Source of the DNA: Cylindrospermopsis raciborskii Cr2010
Lineage (GTDB): Bacteria; Cyanobacteriota; Cyanobacteriia; Cyanobacteriales; Nostocaceae
Assembly (NCBI RefSeq): GCF_003367075.2
Contig: NZ_CP065936.1
Coordinates: forward strand, 3,240,001 to 3,272,000
Reading direction: 5' to 3'
Length of the DNA: 32,000 bases
The stretch's first letter is position 1; each line of letters begins with the position of its first letter. Below the pieces are notes generated by a model. That model was not told where the DNA came from, did not search any database, and saw only the letters and a list, made by a program, of their open reading frames with translations. The position numbers were made by a program, and so were the translations under genes. Shown one piece after another: positions 1-11,249 of this stretch.

Positions 1-131
1 CATTAGTGATTATGTTAAGGATTGTTCATCCTATCCTATGGATGTTTGTTAAAACTTTATGTACTATTTGCTGTTAGAGCCTAAATTGCCAGTATATTTG
101 AGTTATATTTCGGAGGTGCAAGTCTATTAAG

Positions 132-1343
132 ATGTTGAGTAGTTACCAAGTAAATAATTCCCCCATAAATAGCCATTTGCATGGTCTGCAGTTAAACAAT
201 TCCCCCCTAAATAGTCAAATAAGCCAAATCAGTAGTTCTCAAAGTTCCCCAGTAAGTCGACTAGATAATTATCACCTGTCCGTTATTGAGTCCCTATTTG
301 ATATTGCTAGAAATATTGAGATTTCAGCGGATTTCTCTATTCAACATCCCCAATATCAACCTTTTGCCATACCTAGTACGGTGGCACAAAGATTTAGACA
401 CAATTCACCGGATTTGCAGCAAAAATATCTAAACCTATTGCTGCGCAATTTCCTCCATGGTATTTATTATAACGGGGCACTGCAACCCATTTTATCTACC
501 AATAATCAGCAGTGTGGTCATTTACTAACCAACGGATTAGAACCAAATTATAAATTAGGTGTTGACCGAAATTTTTACCAACAGCTACATGAAAATAATC
601 ACGGTATAGGTAACTATGATGCTGAATGGGAGGTATTAAGAACAGAACCAGATGGGACTATTGCCGTGATGAAAAATAATCTCACACTGTATGTAGAACC
701 AGAATGTTATCTCAAGTCCAACCGATCTCCTAATCCTGGTGATTTAATAGGGATTTGGATGCCAAAGAACCGACTGCAAAATGGTTGTTACATAGCAGTT
801 GGCAACTGTAATCAGCAACATCTATCTTATAACCATAATATAAATTATTATTCTAAAAAAATAGTAAAAATCTATTTTAACATTACCCCATCCGGAGCGA
901 TCGCCCTGATGAACATTTTAACAAAACGACTAAACGATGCCAGCATTCCCTTTAGTTTTGAAGTATTATATAATCCTATTTCTTATAGAAGGTATGATAC
1001 AGCCACATTGCATTTTAACTGTCAAGACTATCCAGCTATCCGTAAAATTTTAGAACCAACTTACCTAGAGACCGAAATTTATTTTCAGCCCCAAATACCC
1101 CTATTTACCAAATACTTAGCCCCTGGATTGAGTTTAGCTGAAGAACCGAACCAAAAATTCTCTCCAGAAGAGAGTTTTGGTATGAACCGTTGTCAAATAA
1201 TTGCCAATGCTCTGTTAGAAGCTTGGCAAAAAGGTAAAAATGCCATAGAAGAGCGAATACAGATTATTCAGCAACATTTTGCATCTCAGCTAATTGATTT
1301 ACATTACCCTTACCTCAATCCCAGCTCTCAGGATGTTTATTGA
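132..1343 (+). CDS. Hypothetical protein with Q/N/S-rich N-terminus; tentatively HopA1-like family
   Basis: Uninterrupted 403-aa ORF. The N-terminus carries a duplicated NNSP(I/L)NS motif. The segment [50 protein letters not shown] resembles, from memory, the conserved core of proteins annotated as HopA1-family in cyanobacteria. No search was run, so the family assignment is tentative. Confidence 0.5.
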   Translation: MLSSYQVNNSPINSHLHGLQLNNSPLNSQISQISSSQSSPVSRLDNYHLSVIESLFDIARNIEISADFSIQHPQYQPFAIPSTVAQRFRHNSPDLQQKYLNLLLRNFLHGIYYNGALQPILSTNNQQCGHLLTNGLEPNYKLGVDRNFYQQLHENNHGIGNYDAEWEVLRTEPDGTIAVMKNNLTLYVEPECYLKSNRSPNPGDLIGIWMPKNRLQNGCYIAVGNCNQQHLSYNHNINYYSKKIVKIYFNITPSGAIALMNILTKRLNDASIPFSFEVLYNPISYRRYDTATLHFNCQDYPAIRKILEPTYLETEIYFQPQIPLFTKYLAPGLSLAEEPNQKFSPEESFGMNRCQIIANALLEAWQKGKNAIEERIQIIQQHFASQLIDLHYPYLNPSSQDVY

Positions 1344-1371
1344 TTATCAACTATATATCTACATATCAACA

Positions 1372-1821
1372 ATGATTTTCACTTATCAAAGAACCATAAG
1401 ATTTGCGGATACTGATGCAGCAGGGGTTGTTTACTTCGCGAACATTTTAAATATATGTCACGAAGCCTATGAAGATTCCCTAATACATGTTAACATCAAC
1501 ATGAGGAATTTCTTTACCCATCCATCAATAGCTTATCCCATTGTACATGCAAGTGCAGATTATTTACGACCAATTTATTGTGGAGACAAATTAATAATTA
1601 ACTTGATTCCCAAAAAAATCACCGAGGACAAATTTGACATTAACTATGAAATTAGTGTGAATAACGTGATTGTAGCCAAAGCAATTACCAGACACGTGTG
1701 TATTGATGTAGCTACACGGAATAAGAGACAAATGTCAGGTGAGATAATTTCCTGGTTAGAAACTAATCGTAGAGACGTAGAAGATATCGAGAGAAAAAAA
1801 TCCAGGGAGGAGATTATATGA
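1372..1821 (+). CDS. 1,4-dihydroxy-2-naphthoyl-CoA thioesterase (hotdog/4HBT fold, Slr0204-like)
   Basis: The N-terminus [33 protein letters not shown] is the typical 4HBT-type thioesterase motif with the catalytic Asp. The gene is adjacent to menE, menC and menA. I chose the ATG at 1372 rather than the track start at 1294, because 1294 overlaps the upstream gene and encodes non-conserved residues. Confidence 0.75.
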   Translation: MIFTYQRTIRFADTDAAGVVYFANILNICHEAYEDSLIHVNINMRNFFTHPSIAYPIVHASADYLRPIYCGDKLIINLIPKKITEDKFDINYEISVNNVIVAKAITRHVCIDVATRNKRQMSGEIISWLETNRRDVEDIERKKSREEII

Positions 1822-3283
1822 TCATTTCCTGATCGAGAGATTCCAGGACGATCTGTTGAAGTTGTGAAATGTTGATTTTTCCCTGTGGATTACGAGGTAA
1901 GCTAACCACGGGAATCCAATATTTAGGAATTTTAAACCTGGTTAATGTTTGCTGGAGTTGGTTTTTGATTTCTGGGATGGGAGTGGGAGGAGATTGGGGG
2001 ACATAAATAGCTGTTACTGCTTCCCCCCAATTATGATCTGGTATGCCAATTACACACACATCCATAATCAGATTAGTTGCTCGGATTGCTGCTTCCACTT
2101 CTGGAGGATAAATATTCTCACCACCGGAAATAATTTTATTACTCCTACGTCCCATAATATGTAAATAACCATTCTGGTCTAAAAATCCCATATCATCGGT
2201 TAAAAAACCCTGACTATCCTGCCAAATTGTGGGATAATAGCCCAAAACCAAAGATTTAGCTTTAATCCTAATAGCTCCCAGATGATTTCCCCCATAATGT
2301 TCATTTTCCAGAAGATGCTCTATCACAATTTCTGCATGGGGGAGAGTCCGACCACTATTTTTAGTTTTTAAAAACTCATCCGGTGCTATTTTTAAAAACT
2401 CATCTGGTTTTAAGGTGGCTATTTGGGAAGCTGTTTCGGTCATACCGTATGTGGGAGCTAACCTAATGCCATTTGCTCTAGCTTTGGTTAATAAATCATT
2501 CCATGATGGTCCACCTCCCAATAATACAGTTTCAAACTCCGATAGCCATTGGGTTAATTTTTGATTGTCTAATAGTTTTTGTAATTGAGTTGGCACTAGA
2601 GATATAAAAAAGTCTGAGTTTTTTATCTTGTAAATATCTGATGTTTGGTTAGATTCAGATGTGAGCTGTTTAAATGAAGTAATAACTAATTTTCCACCGG
2701 TGGTAAAACTTCTTATAAACTGCATCAAACCACTCACATGATATAGTGGTAAAACACAGAAAGAATTCACCGAACTTAAATTAAAATATTCTGTAAATCC
2801 CCATACTGACGCGGTGAGAGTTTCCCAGGTATGAATGGCAAATTTAATCTTTCCCGATGAACCACCAGTGGGAATCATAATGCCACTAATCATAGGTTCT
2901 TCCGGAATATTAGTGGTGGTAAAATCAGGAAATTTTATCTCATCACCCCAAATAATATCTGGTTTTACTAAATTCCAAACTTGCTCCCATTCATTTTTTT
3001 CCCAGTCGGGATTACATAAAAAAACTGCACACTCAGCTGCACAACCAGCAATAAATCCCGCCAGAAATTTTACCGGATCTCGCTGGGCTAAAATGATTTT
3101 TAGGGGTTTATATACGGGTTCATGGTTGTGGTCAATTTGCCTATCTAATTGGTGACGTATTTCACCATATAATTCCTTAACAAGGGGTTCAAATTGTTCA
3201 CCATTTTTAACTATTAACCAATTTTCCCGAGAGATGTTTTTATCTTCTAGATCTGATAAACTTTTTAATAAATAGGATTCCAT
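1814..3283 (-). CDS. menE: o-succinylbenzoate-CoA ligase (acyl-CoA synthetase/AMP-binding family)
   Basis: 489 aa. AMP-binding motifs are present: [19 protein letters not shown] and [36 protein letters not shown]. It lies immediately upstream of, and overlaps, menC on the same strand. Confidence 0.8.
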   Translation of the reverse strand: MESYLLKSLSDLEDKNISRENWLIVKNGEQFEPLVKELYGEIRHQLDRQIDHNHEPVYKPLKIILAQRDPVKFLAGFIAGCAAECAVFLCNPDWEKNEWEQVWNLVKPDIIWGDEIKFPDFTTTNIPEEPMISGIMIPTGGSSGKIKFAIHTWETLTASVWGFTEYFNLSSVNSFCVLPLYHVSGLMQFIRSFTTGGKLVITSFKQLTSESNQTSDIYKIKNSDFFISLVPTQLQKLLDNQKLTQWLSEFETVLLGGGPSWNDLLTKARANGIRLAPTYGMTETASQIATLKPDEFLKIAPDEFLKTKNSGRTLPHAEIVIEHLLENEHYGGNHLGAIRIKAKSLVLGYYPTIWQDSQGFLTDDMGFLDQNGYLHIMGRRSNKIISGGENIYPPEVEAAIRATNLIMDVCVIGIPDHNWGEAVTAIYVPQSPPTPIPEIKNQLQQTLTRFKIPKYWIPVVSLPRNPQGKINISQLQQIVLESLDQEMII

Positions 3284-4278
3284 AAAACTTCTGGCCAGTT
3301 TGTAGATTGTAGTGCAAAATAATGATCAATACCAAAACCTAAAGAACGGCAATTACCAGATAGGTTAGATATCCCATAAGATAGTTCCCCAGCTAACTTG
3401 AGCGCAGCTTCTCTACCAATAGGAGTTTCAAATACAGAAGAAAATACCAGATCAATGGTGTGATTTTGGCAGAATTCCCTCAACCGAGATGGTGAACCTA
3501 AAATAGCTGGTTTGACCACAAAAACTCCTCGCCACCCCATTTGATAACAACTTTCTAACTTTTGCCAGGTAGCAACAGACTCATCTAAAGCGATTTCTGT
3601 TAAATATACCTGACTCAATTCTAGCATTTCTTCCAACCTATCCATCCCCAACGGTTGCTCGATAAATTCAATCTTTTCAGAAAATTGATCACAAACTTCT
3701 AACCATAATTTAGCCTGTTGATAATTGAGTCCTCCATTAGCGTCTAACCGAATTTTGGCAGATTCTGGTAGTTGACCAACCAGTAAGTGCAAAATTTCTA
3801 ATTCCTGAGTTATGTCATCCACCGCTATTTTTAGTTTGAAGGTCTCATAACCCTTTTGCCATAAATTTTTCCATCCCTGAACAGCAGCTTCTCCTCTAGG
3901 TAATAAAGCACTATATTTCATCTTTTTACTTATTAGGCTTTCATCTCCTAAATGTTGATTTTTAAAAACAGGCATTGAATTGGAAAAATTTTCTCTGGCA
4001 GATTCAAAAGCAAATTGACAAGCTGGTAAGTGCGCTGGAATGCCCAAAATCATCTCCAGAGTAATTATCTTTGGTAGTTGACTACAAAACTCCCTAGCTT
4101 GTTCTAAGGTTTCTGAACCAAACCAAGCAATAGGAGAAATTTCCCCCCAACCTACTTTCCCAGTTCGGTCAACTAGTCTAATCATTACGCCCTCTCGCAT
4201 ATCCCAAACACCATGATTGGTAATCACAGCATGGGTAAATTTCTGACTAAAGTGACGAAAAGAAAATTGGTACTCCAT
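3265..4278 (-). CDS. menC: o-succinylbenzoate synthase (enolase superfamily)
   Basis: 337 aa. Enolase-superfamily metal and acid/base positions are visible: FKLKI, RLDANGG, IEQP, ALDES. It sits between menE and menA. Confidence 0.85.
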   Translation of the reverse strand: MEYQFSFRHFSQKFTHAVITNHGVWDMREGVMIRLVDRTGKVGWGEISPIAWFGSETLEQAREFCSQLPKIITLEMILGIPAHLPACQFAFESARENFSNSMPVFKNQHLGDESLISKKMKYSALLPRGEAAVQGWKNLWQKGYETFKLKIAVDDITQELEILHLLVGQLPESAKIRLDANGGLNYQQAKLWLEVCDQFSEKIEFIEQPLGMDRLEEMLELSQVYLTEIALDESVATWQKLESCYQMGWRGVFVVKPAILGSPSRLREFCQNHTIDLVFSSVFETPIGREAALKLAGELSYGISNLSGNCRSLGFGIDHYFALQSTNWPEVLWNPIY

Positions 4279-4282
4279 TTTT

Positions 4283-5176
4283 CTAACCCAAAATAAACCC
4301 TATCCCTAATAACAAACAACTCCAAAAATGCACCCCGATGGCAATGAACTTGCAATTACTCACCTTTTCGGGAAGATGATGGTTTTTCCACACGTGACCA
4401 CATAATTTCACCCCAAAAGGTAAACTCAACCAACTTAATAGAGTCCAAAAGGGAAAAATCCCTAACAATACCAATAATAAACATATCACATAAATGCTAG
4501 CGGTAAACCATACTAAAACTTCCGCACTCCTTTGTGTTCCTAACCTCACAATGGGTGACCGTTTTCCCGCAGCAATGTCATCTTTTACTTGATGAAAATG
4601 AGAACAGAATAATACTAAACTAGTTACAATACCCACAATAACCGAAGCAGCTAAATTAGTAGGTGACCAATTTTGGGTTTGACTGTAGTATGCTGCTGTC
4701 ATCCCCACAGGTCCAAACGCAAAGAAACACAAAACTTCTCCCCAACCCTTATACCCCAATCTAAAGGGAGGTCCCTGGTACACATAACCTAAACTACAAC
4801 ACAATAGAATAAGTCCAATCACAGTTGGATCTTTCTGTAACCAGGCGATCGCAATTATTCCTGACAAACCCAAAACTAGGCACAAATTACCCAACCAAAA
4901 CATTAATTGCTTATTACCTGTTAAACTTACTAATGAGTGATGTTTATTTTTATCAATACCCGTTTCCGCATCAAAAACATCATTAGTGATATTCTCCCAC
5001 GCTAGAATCAAAATTGCCGCAGTTGCAAAAATCCCAAATAGGACTCCATGAAAAATTTGAGTTTGCGCAAAAGCGACACAAGATCCCACCCATATAGGCA
5101 TAATAGCAACACTGTACATTGGTGGTTTAATAGCAGCCATCCATAACTTACGATTGGGTATTTGTCTTGTGGTCAT
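4283..5176 (-). CDS. menA: 1,4-dihydroxy-2-naphthoate phytyltransferase (UbiA prenyltransferase family)
   Basis: 297 aa, polytopic membrane protein. It has the UbiA-type Asp-rich motif NDVFDAETGIDKNK and lies in men gene context. Confidence 0.85.
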   Translation of the reverse strand: MTTRQIPNRKLWMAAIKPPMYSVAIMPIWVGSCVAFAQTQIFHGVLFGIFATAAILILAWENITNDVFDAETGIDKNKHHSLVSLTGNKQLMFWLGNLCLVLGLSGIIAIAWLQKDPTVIGLILLCCSLGYVYQGPPFRLGYKGWGEVLCFFAFGPVGMTAAYYSQTQNWSPTNLAASVIVGIVTSLVLFCSHFHQVKDDIAAGKRSPIVRLGTQRSAEVLVWFTASIYVICLLLVLLGIFPFWTLLSWLSLPFGVKLCGHVWKNHHLPEKVSNCKFIAIGVHFWSCLLLGIGFILG

Positions 5177-5376
5177 TATTCCTCATCAACTACAATCTAA
5201 TAAATTTACCACCGGATCCTATACTGAAATTTTATAGTTCTTATAGCTCCAAGTTCCCAGAAGATGCTAATTTGAACTAATAAAACCTGCAATAGAACTA
5301 GTAATAGAATTAAAATATTACAATCCATTTGTTACACTTGATCAATAAAACTTAAAAAAAATTAACAGACACATCC

Positions 5377-6798
5377 ATGACAATTTCACCATGTCTTCCA
5401 AGATTCCTCACAGATTATAAAGATTTGCATCAACTACTGTTAGCAGTGCAACAAAGATGCTATGAAAATCATCACCAGCAAATTGTTAGCATCTCCCTGG
5501 CAATTGATTTTATAGATCCCCTATTTGTATTAGATAAGTTAGGACAAAGGAACACATTGAACTTTTATTTTGAAAATAAAAGTAAAGGGGAAGCCATTGT
5601 GGCTATTGATGCCATAAAGAAATTAGATATTAATGGTCAAAACAGATTTAACAAAACGGAAGATTTTATCAAAGATTGTCTAAAAAATATCATTAATTTC
5701 GGTAATCTTAATGAACCGTTCACAGGTAGTCACTTTTTTTGCAGTTTTAGTTTTTTTGAACAGCACCAGCATTCAAATTATCCCTTTCCAGCAGCGACAA
5801 TTTTTCTACCCAAATTACAAGTAGCTGTGAAAAATTCCTCTTGTACTCTAGTAATCAACAAGCTAGTTGATGCTGATGCTGATGTTGATGTTAACCACAT
5901 ACTCCAAGATATCCAAAATAAAATCAGGACTTTACAATCTTTAACCAATGGTCTCCCCATGGCTGTGACTACCTGCAAAAGTTCCCACAGAAGCCAGATA
6001 AACAATCCGGACGTTTTTAAAAACTCAGTTTTATCAGCTCTCAAAAAAATAGAGGCTAAACAGTTAAGCAAAATTGTTTTGGCAGACACATTAGATGTAT
6101 ATTCATATAGTTCGTTTAATCTATTAAAATCCCTAAATAATTTAAGGAACTTACATCCTAACTGTTATGTGTTTTGTATTAGTAATGGTCGAGGAGAAAA
6201 CTTCCTAGGCGCCAGTCCAGAACGACTAATTAGCATTCAAGACCACCAGCTAATCACCGATGCACTAGCTGGTTCAGCTCCCAGGGGTAAAACACCTAAG
6301 GAAGATGCAGTTAATGCCCATAGATTAGTCAACAGTAGCAAGGAAAAACACGAACATAACCTGGTAATTGATTTTATCAGTCAGAGACTATCACAACTGG
6401 GGTTATTTCCCCAACCCCTAACTCCACGACTACGACAACTGGCAAATATTCAACACCTCTGGACACCAATTACTGCTGTGGTTCCCAATAATGTTCACCC
6501 CATAAAAATTGTTGCCCAATTACACCCCACACCTGCTGTAGCAGGGGCGACTAGAGAAATTGCCTGTGCGGAAATTAGGCACTACGAAAAATTTGATCGG
6601 GGTCTATATGCTGCACCCCTAGGATGGTTAGATAGTAGGGGAAATTGCGAGTTTATTGTGGGTATTCGTTCCGCTCTTATTAACAATAATTGTGCCAGAT
6701 TATATGCTGGTGCTGGTATTGTTGCGGGTTCTGACCCTGAACGAGAATTTGCTGAGGTGCAGCTTAAATTACAAGCCTTACTTAAAGCTTTGGTGTAG
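5377..6798 (+). CDS. menF: Isochorismate synthase
   Basis: 473 aa. Chorismate-binding enzyme motifs are present: GASPERLI, LHPTPAVAG, GLYAAPLGW, GAGIVAGSDPE. It is divergent from the menA-menC-menE genes. Confidence 0.85.
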   Translation: MTISPCLPRFLTDYKDLHQLLLAVQQRCYENHHQQIVSISLAIDFIDPLFVLDKLGQRNTLNFYFENKSKGEAIVAIDAIKKLDINGQNRFNKTEDFIKDCLKNIINFGNLNEPFTGSHFFCSFSFFEQHQHSNYPFPAATIFLPKLQVAVKNSSCTLVINKLVDADADVDVNHILQDIQNKIRTLQSLTNGLPMAVTTCKSSHRSQINNPDVFKNSVLSALKKIEAKQLSKIVLADTLDVYSYSSFNLLKSLNNLRNLHPNCYVFCISNGRGENFLGASPERLISIQDHQLITDALAGSAPRGKTPKEDAVNAHRLVNSSKEKHEHNLVIDFISQRLSQLGLFPQPLTPRLRQLANIQHLWTPITAVVPNNVHPIKIVAQLHPTPAVAGATREIACAEIRHYEKFDRGLYAAPLGWLDSRGNCEFIVGIRSALINNNCARLYAGAGIVAGSDPEREFAEVQLKLQALLKALV

Positions 6799-6844
6799 TG
6801 GGTACTTTCTGGTAAACTAGGACCAGCTGCGTTAATCTCTAACA

Positions 6845-8026
6845 ATGTCCGACACCCAAATCACTGCTGCTGTAGCCAAACTTTATGACACTTACCCGTT
6901 CCCCCCTGAACCAATTCTAGACCAACCACCACCAGGATATAATTGGCGCTGGAATTGGTTAGCTGCTTATAACTTCTGTACCGGGAGAAAACCCTCAAAA
7001 CAAGATATCCGGATTTTAGATGCTGGTTGTGGATCGGGAGTTAGCACGGAATATTTAGTACATTTGAATCCCTACTCACATGTAGTAGGAATAGATATTA
7101 GTCCAGGTACCCTAGAAGTTGCTAGAAAACGCTGTCAAAGTTCCGGTGCTAACCGGGTGGAATTTCACCACCTGAGTATTTATGATGTGGACCAAATACC
7201 AGGAAAGTTTGATTTGATTAATTCCGTTGGTGTACTCCATCATTTACCTGACCCCATCACTGGTATTCAGTCCCTCGCTGGTAAACTGGCACCAGGAGGA
7301 ATTATGCACATCTTTGTTTATGGTGAATTGGGTAGATGGGAAATACAACTTATGCAAAAGGCGATCGCACTTCTCCAAGGAAGTAAACGTGGCGATTATG
7401 GAGATGGGGTGCAAGTGGGTAGAAAAGTATTTGACACTCTACCAGAAAACAATAGAATTGTCAATAGAGAGAAAGCCAGATGGTCATGGGAAAATCAAAA
7501 GGACGAGTGTTTTGCTGACATGTACGTCCATCCCCAGGAAATAGATTATAATATTGATTCTTTATTCCAGCTCATAGATGCTTCTGGGTTACAGTTTGTA
7601 GGATTTTCCAATCCAGGCTTTTGGAACCTGGAGAGATTATTGGGGAGAGCGCCAGAACTGATGGCAAGAGCCCAAGAACTATCCCCCAGAGAACAATATC
7701 GCCTCATAGAACTATTAGACCCCGAAGTTGCCCACTACGAGTTTTTCCTGACTTCTCCTCCCTTAGAAAAAAGCCATTGGCAAGATGATCATGCCCTACT
7801 AGCAGCCATACCAGAACTAAACCCTTGTCTGGATGGATTTCCCAGTCGATGTATATTTAATTACGACTACCAGATTATTAATCTATCTCCCCAGGAGTTA
7901 GAGTTCATGGAAAAATGTAATGGCTCCCAAACCATATCACAAATTCTCGTAGAAAGTCAAGTGGATTTAGCTGGAGTCAGGAAATTGATAGAGCAGCAAT
8001 TATTGATACTCAGTCCCAACCCCTAG
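6845..8026 (+). CDS. Class I SAM-dependent methyltransferase
   Basis: 393 aa with SAM-binding motif I (ILDAGCGSGVST), followed by the DLINSVGVLHHL and GGIMHIFVY motifs. Confidence 0.75.
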   Translation: MSDTQITAAVAKLYDTYPFPPEPILDQPPPGYNWRWNWLAAYNFCTGRKPSKQDIRILDAGCGSGVSTEYLVHLNPYSHVVGIDISPGTLEVARKRCQSSGANRVEFHHLSIYDVDQIPGKFDLINSVGVLHHLPDPITGIQSLAGKLAPGGIMHIFVYGELGRWEIQLMQKAIALLQGSKRGDYGDGVQVGRKVFDTLPENNRIVNREKARWSWENQKDECFADMYVHPQEIDYNIDSLFQLIDASGLQFVGFSNPGFWNLERLLGRAPELMARAQELSPREQYRLIELLDPEVAHYEFFLTSPPLEKSHWQDDHALLAAIPELNPCLDGFPSRCIFNYDYQIINLSPQELEFMEKCNGSQTISQILVESQVDLAGVRKLIEQQLLILSPNP

Positions 8027-8163
8027 TTAGAATTGCGATCGCATTGTTAAAGGCGAGTGAGATAAAGGTAAGCGAAACAAGAACAATCTTTGCCAACTTC
8101 CGGCAAAAAATTGCCAAAAAAATTAAGTTAATTGTTTTTTCTAAAGTATTGTTACCACTAACG

Positions 8164-8172
8164 TGGTATGAT
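8164..8172 (+). promoter_or_regulatory. Candidate extended -10 element (TGgTATGAT) for the atp operon
   Basis: tggtatgat lies about 77 nt upstream of the atp1 ATG. No clear -35 element is visible. This is sequence pattern only. Confidence 0.25.
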
Positions 8173-8248
8173 TCAGCTGACTGAATAAGCAGTCACCCTA
8201 TTTAGTTGAACTGGTTTCAAGTTCCGTGAGCTTGTCATCAAGAACAAA

Positions 8249-8665
8249 ATGTATCCACTCCGACAACAAAAAACGATGACCAACCTGATTCTCAAACCAG
8301 AGGAACAAAAAAACTCTGCCATGAAAGAGTTTTACCAACTCTATCAAGAGCTGTTGGTCATTACCCTTGTCCTAACAGCAGTAATTTTCACAGCCGTTTG
8401 GATTGCTTATTCCCTGAACATGGCCTTAAACTATTTATTAGGGGCATGTGCGGGAGTGCTTTACCTAAGGATGTTGGCCAGAGATGTAGAGCGTTTAGGC
8501 ACAGAGAAACAACAGCTGAGTAAAACCCGATTAGCCTTATTAGTCGTGCTGATATTGTTAGCATCACGGTGGAATCAACTGCAAATCATGCCCATATTCT
8601 TGGGATTTCTGACCTACAAAGCCACGCTCATCATCTATGTAATCAGGATGGCTTTTGTCTTGTGA
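8249..8665 (+). CDS. atp1: ATP synthase protein I (atp1; E. coli atpI equivalent)
   Basis: Small hydrophobic ORF directly upstream of subunit a, with several TM-like stretches ([40 protein letters not shown]). The start is ambiguous: ATG at 8249 or 8276. Confidence 0.7.
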   Translation: MYPLRQQKTMTNLILKPEEQKNSAMKEFYQLYQELLVITLVLTAVIFTAVWIAYSLNMALNYLLGACAGVLYLRMLARDVERLGTEKQQLSKTRLALLVVLILLASRWNQLQIMPIFLGFLTYKATLIIYVIRMAFVL

Positions 8666-8741
8666 CTCTACAAAGCTGCGGGAACCTTAAAAAGCTCCGC
8701 TTCTCCAGTAAGATGAAAGAAGCGACCCCATTAGAAAGAAA

Positions 8742-9497
8742 ATGCTCAATTTTCTGAACTTCTACTCCTTTCCCTTAGCAGAATTGGAGGTGGGTAAGCA
8801 TCTGTACTGGCAAATAGGCAACCTAAAGCTCCATGGACAGGTGTTTCTCACATCCTGGTTTGTAATCGGCGTATTAACACTAGCTTCCATTCTGGCAAGC
8901 AGCAATGTGAAACGCATTCCTAGAGGCATTCAAAACCTAATGGAGTTTGCCCTAGAATTCATTCGGGACTTGGCAAAAAACCAGATTGGCGAAAAAGAAT
9001 ATCGCCCCTGGGTGCCTTTTGTGGGCACGTTGTTCTTGTTCATTTTCGTCTCCAACTGGTCCGGAGCATTAGTTCCATTTAAACTAATTCATTTGCCAGA
9101 AGGTGAACTGGCCGCTCCTACCAGCGATATCAATACAACAGTTGCCTTAGCGTTGTTAACATCTTTAGCTTATTTTTATGCTGGATTCAGCAAAAAAGGC
9201 TTAGGGTACTTTGGCAACTACGTGCAACCAGTGTCCTTTATGTTGCCCTTCAAGATTATTGAAGATTTCACCAAACCTCTTTCCCTAAGTTTCCGTTTAT
9301 TCGGTAACATTTTAGCTGATGAACTGGTAGTTGGCGTGCTAGTGTTACTAGTGCCCCTGTTTGTACCATTGCCAGTGATGGCCTTGGGACTATTCACAAG
9401 TGCCATTCAAGCCCTAATTTTTGCCACCCTCGCTGCTGCTTATATTGGTGAAGCGATGGAAGATCATCATGGCGAAGAGCATGAGGGAAGTCATTAG
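8742..9497 (+). CDS. atpI: F0F1 ATP synthase subunit a
   Basis: 251 aa. Contains the conserved [18 protein letters not shown] segment with the essential Arg. Cyanobacterial name atpI (E. coli atpB). Confidence 0.95.
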   Translation: MLNFLNFYSFPLAELEVGKHLYWQIGNLKLHGQVFLTSWFVIGVLTLASILASSNVKRIPRGIQNLMEFALEFIRDLAKNQIGEKEYRPWVPFVGTLFLFIFVSNWSGALVPFKLIHLPEGELAAPTSDINTTVALALLTSLAYFYAGFSKKGLGYFGNYVQPVSFMLPFKIIEDFTKPLSLSFRLFGNILADELVVGVLVLLVPLFVPLPVMALGLFTSAIQALIFATLAAAYIGEAMEDHHGEEHEGSH

Positions 9498-9516
9498 ACC
9501 CCTCAAAAAAAACAGT

Positions 9517-9579
9517 CAGTGATGAGGTGACAGGTGAGAGGTGAAAGTGCCAGGGTGACAACAGGTAGTCAAAAGTCAA
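9517..9579 (+). repeat. Heptameric STRR-like tract (consensus nAGGTGA)
   Basis: Reads in 7-nt phase: cagtgat gaggtga caggtga gaggtga aagtgcc agggtga caacagg tagtcaa aagtcaa. It lies in the spacer between subunit a and subunit c. Confidence 0.6.
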
Positions 9580-9682
9580 CCGAGGGAGCTTCACCAATTA
9601 ATAGCATCTGATCGCCAATAACTGATAGATGATAGCTGACTACTAACACTATATTCCCAAATCAACCGTATCTCTAAAGTAA

Positions 9683-9940
<258 letters not shown>

Positions 9941-9981
9941 GTAGTAACCAGTCTATTGGACTGAGTGACAAAAGATGGGAT

Positions 9982-10040
9982 TTAGGAGTTAAGAGTTAGG
10001 GATTGAATTAATCACTCACTAACTCATAACTCATCCTCTA
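9982..10040 (+). promoter_or_regulatory. Imperfect long stem-loop built from inverted heptamer repeats, between atpH and atpG
   Basis: The left arm ggagttaagagttagggattga pairs with the right arm tcactcactaactcataactca. Blocks gagtta and gagttag match perfectly. This is a candidate mRNA-stabilising or processing hairpin. Confidence 0.5.
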
Positions 10041-10082
10041 GTTATAACTCAGGACTATAACCATACATAGGAACAAGCAACA

Positions 10083-10574
10083 ATGACACATTGGATCACC
10101 TTGTTGGCAGTAGAAGAGGTTGCCAAGGAAGGGGGCTTGTTTGACTTAGACGCGACTTTGCCCTTGATGGCAATTCAGTTTCTAGTTTTAGCCCTGATAT
10201 TGAATGCAACCCTCTATAAACCATTGGGTCAAGCCATTGATGGACGTAATGACTACATCCGGAATAATCAATTGGATGCCCAACAGCGTTTGTCCCAGGC
10301 GGAAAAACTGGCGGCTCAGTATGAACAAGAACTAGCTGGTGCAAGAAGACAAGCGCAAGCAGTGATTGCTCAAGCTCAAGCAGAGGCGCAAAAAGTAGCG
10401 GCTCAAAAAATAGCGGCAGCACAGCAAGAAGCCCAGGCACAAAGAGAAAAAGCAGCTAGTGAAATTGAGCAGCAAAAACAACAAGCTTTAGCTTCTTTAG
10501 AAGCGCAAGTGGATGCCCTCAGTCGCCAAATATTGGAGAAGCTGTTAGGTGCTGATCTAATAAGCCAACGCTAA
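10083..10574 (+). CDS. atpG: F0F1 ATP synthase subunit b'
   Basis: 163 aa with an N-terminal TM segment ([20 protein letters not shown]) followed by a long A/Q/E-rich helix. Its position after subunit c matches cyanobacterial operons. Confidence 0.85.
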   Translation: MTHWITLLAVEEVAKEGGLFDLDATLPLMAIQFLVLALILNATLYKPLGQAIDGRNDYIRNNQLDAQQRLSQAEKLAAQYEQELAGARRQAQAVIAQAQAEAQKVAAQKIAAAQQEAQAQREKAASEIEQQKQQALASLEAQVDALSRQILEKLLGADLISQR

Positions 10575-10686
10575 ATTAGGTCAAAACTAACTTACAGAAA
10601 TGTCATGGTGTCATAAATCATCAATTTGAAGAATGACCACTGACAAGAAAATTTGAATTTGGCTGCGCAGTTGTGGATGAAAAAAC

Positions 10687-11244
10687 ATGGGGACTTTTTT
10701 ACTATTGATAGCGGAAGCAACCGCTGTCACGGGTGAATTGGCAGAGGGAGCAGAACATAGCGGTATTGGTCTAAATACTAATATTTTTGAGACCAACCTA
10801 ATTAACCTTGCCATTATTATTACTGTGCTGTTTGTTTTTGGACGTAAAGTATTGGGTAATACCCTAAAAACTCGTCGAGAAAACATCGAAACAGCGATTA
10901 AGAGTGCAGAGGAAAGAGCTGCAAATGCTGCGAAGCAGTTAAAGGTAGCTGAGGAAAAACTAACACAAGCCCAGGTGGAAGCTAACAGAATTAAAGCTGA
11001 TGCGGAAACCAATGCCAAAGCAGCTGGGGAAGCAATTTTAGTCCAAGCTGCTGCTGACGTTGAGAAGATGCAAGCTGCTGGGGCAGCCGATTTAAATGCG
11101 GAACTGGAGCGGGTAATTTCTCAATTACGGCAGAAAGTGGTAGCTCAAGCTTTACAAAAAGCCGAAGCAGAACTCAAAGCTGGCATTGCTGAGGATGCTC
11201 AAATAAGAATTATTGACCGTAGCATCGCTCAATTGGGAGGTTAG
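10687..11244 (+). CDS. atpF: F0F1 ATP synthase subunit b
   Basis: 185 aa with a TM segment ([15 protein letters not shown]) and a long charged helix. It lies between b' and delta. Confidence 0.85.
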   Translation: MGTFLLLIAEATAVTGELAEGAEHSGIGLNTNIFETNLINLAIIITVLFVFGRKVLGNTLKTRRENIETAIKSAEERAANAAKQLKVAEEKLTQAQVEANRIKADAETNAKAAGEAILVQAAADVEKMQAAGAADLNAELERVISQLRQKVVAQALQKAEAELKAGIAEDAQIRIIDRSIAQLGG

Positions 11245-11249
11245 GAACC

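Noticed and set aside
1294-1371. Track start at 1294 for the thioesterase ORF, and similarly GTG 16446 for the OMP and GTG 26771/28271/29727 for the Uma2 copies.
   Set aside because: The upstream extensions overlap the preceding gene or encode non-conserved residues. Internal ATGs (1372, 16506, 26786, 28286, 29742) coincide with the conserved N-terminus, the signal peptide, or a well-spaced GGAGG.
8080-8135. ttgcc-aacttcc-ggcaa followed by A-runs, as a terminator after the methyltransferase gene.
   Set aside because: The stem is only 5 bp, it is followed by A rather than T on the relevant strand, and on the opposite strand there is no gene to terminate.
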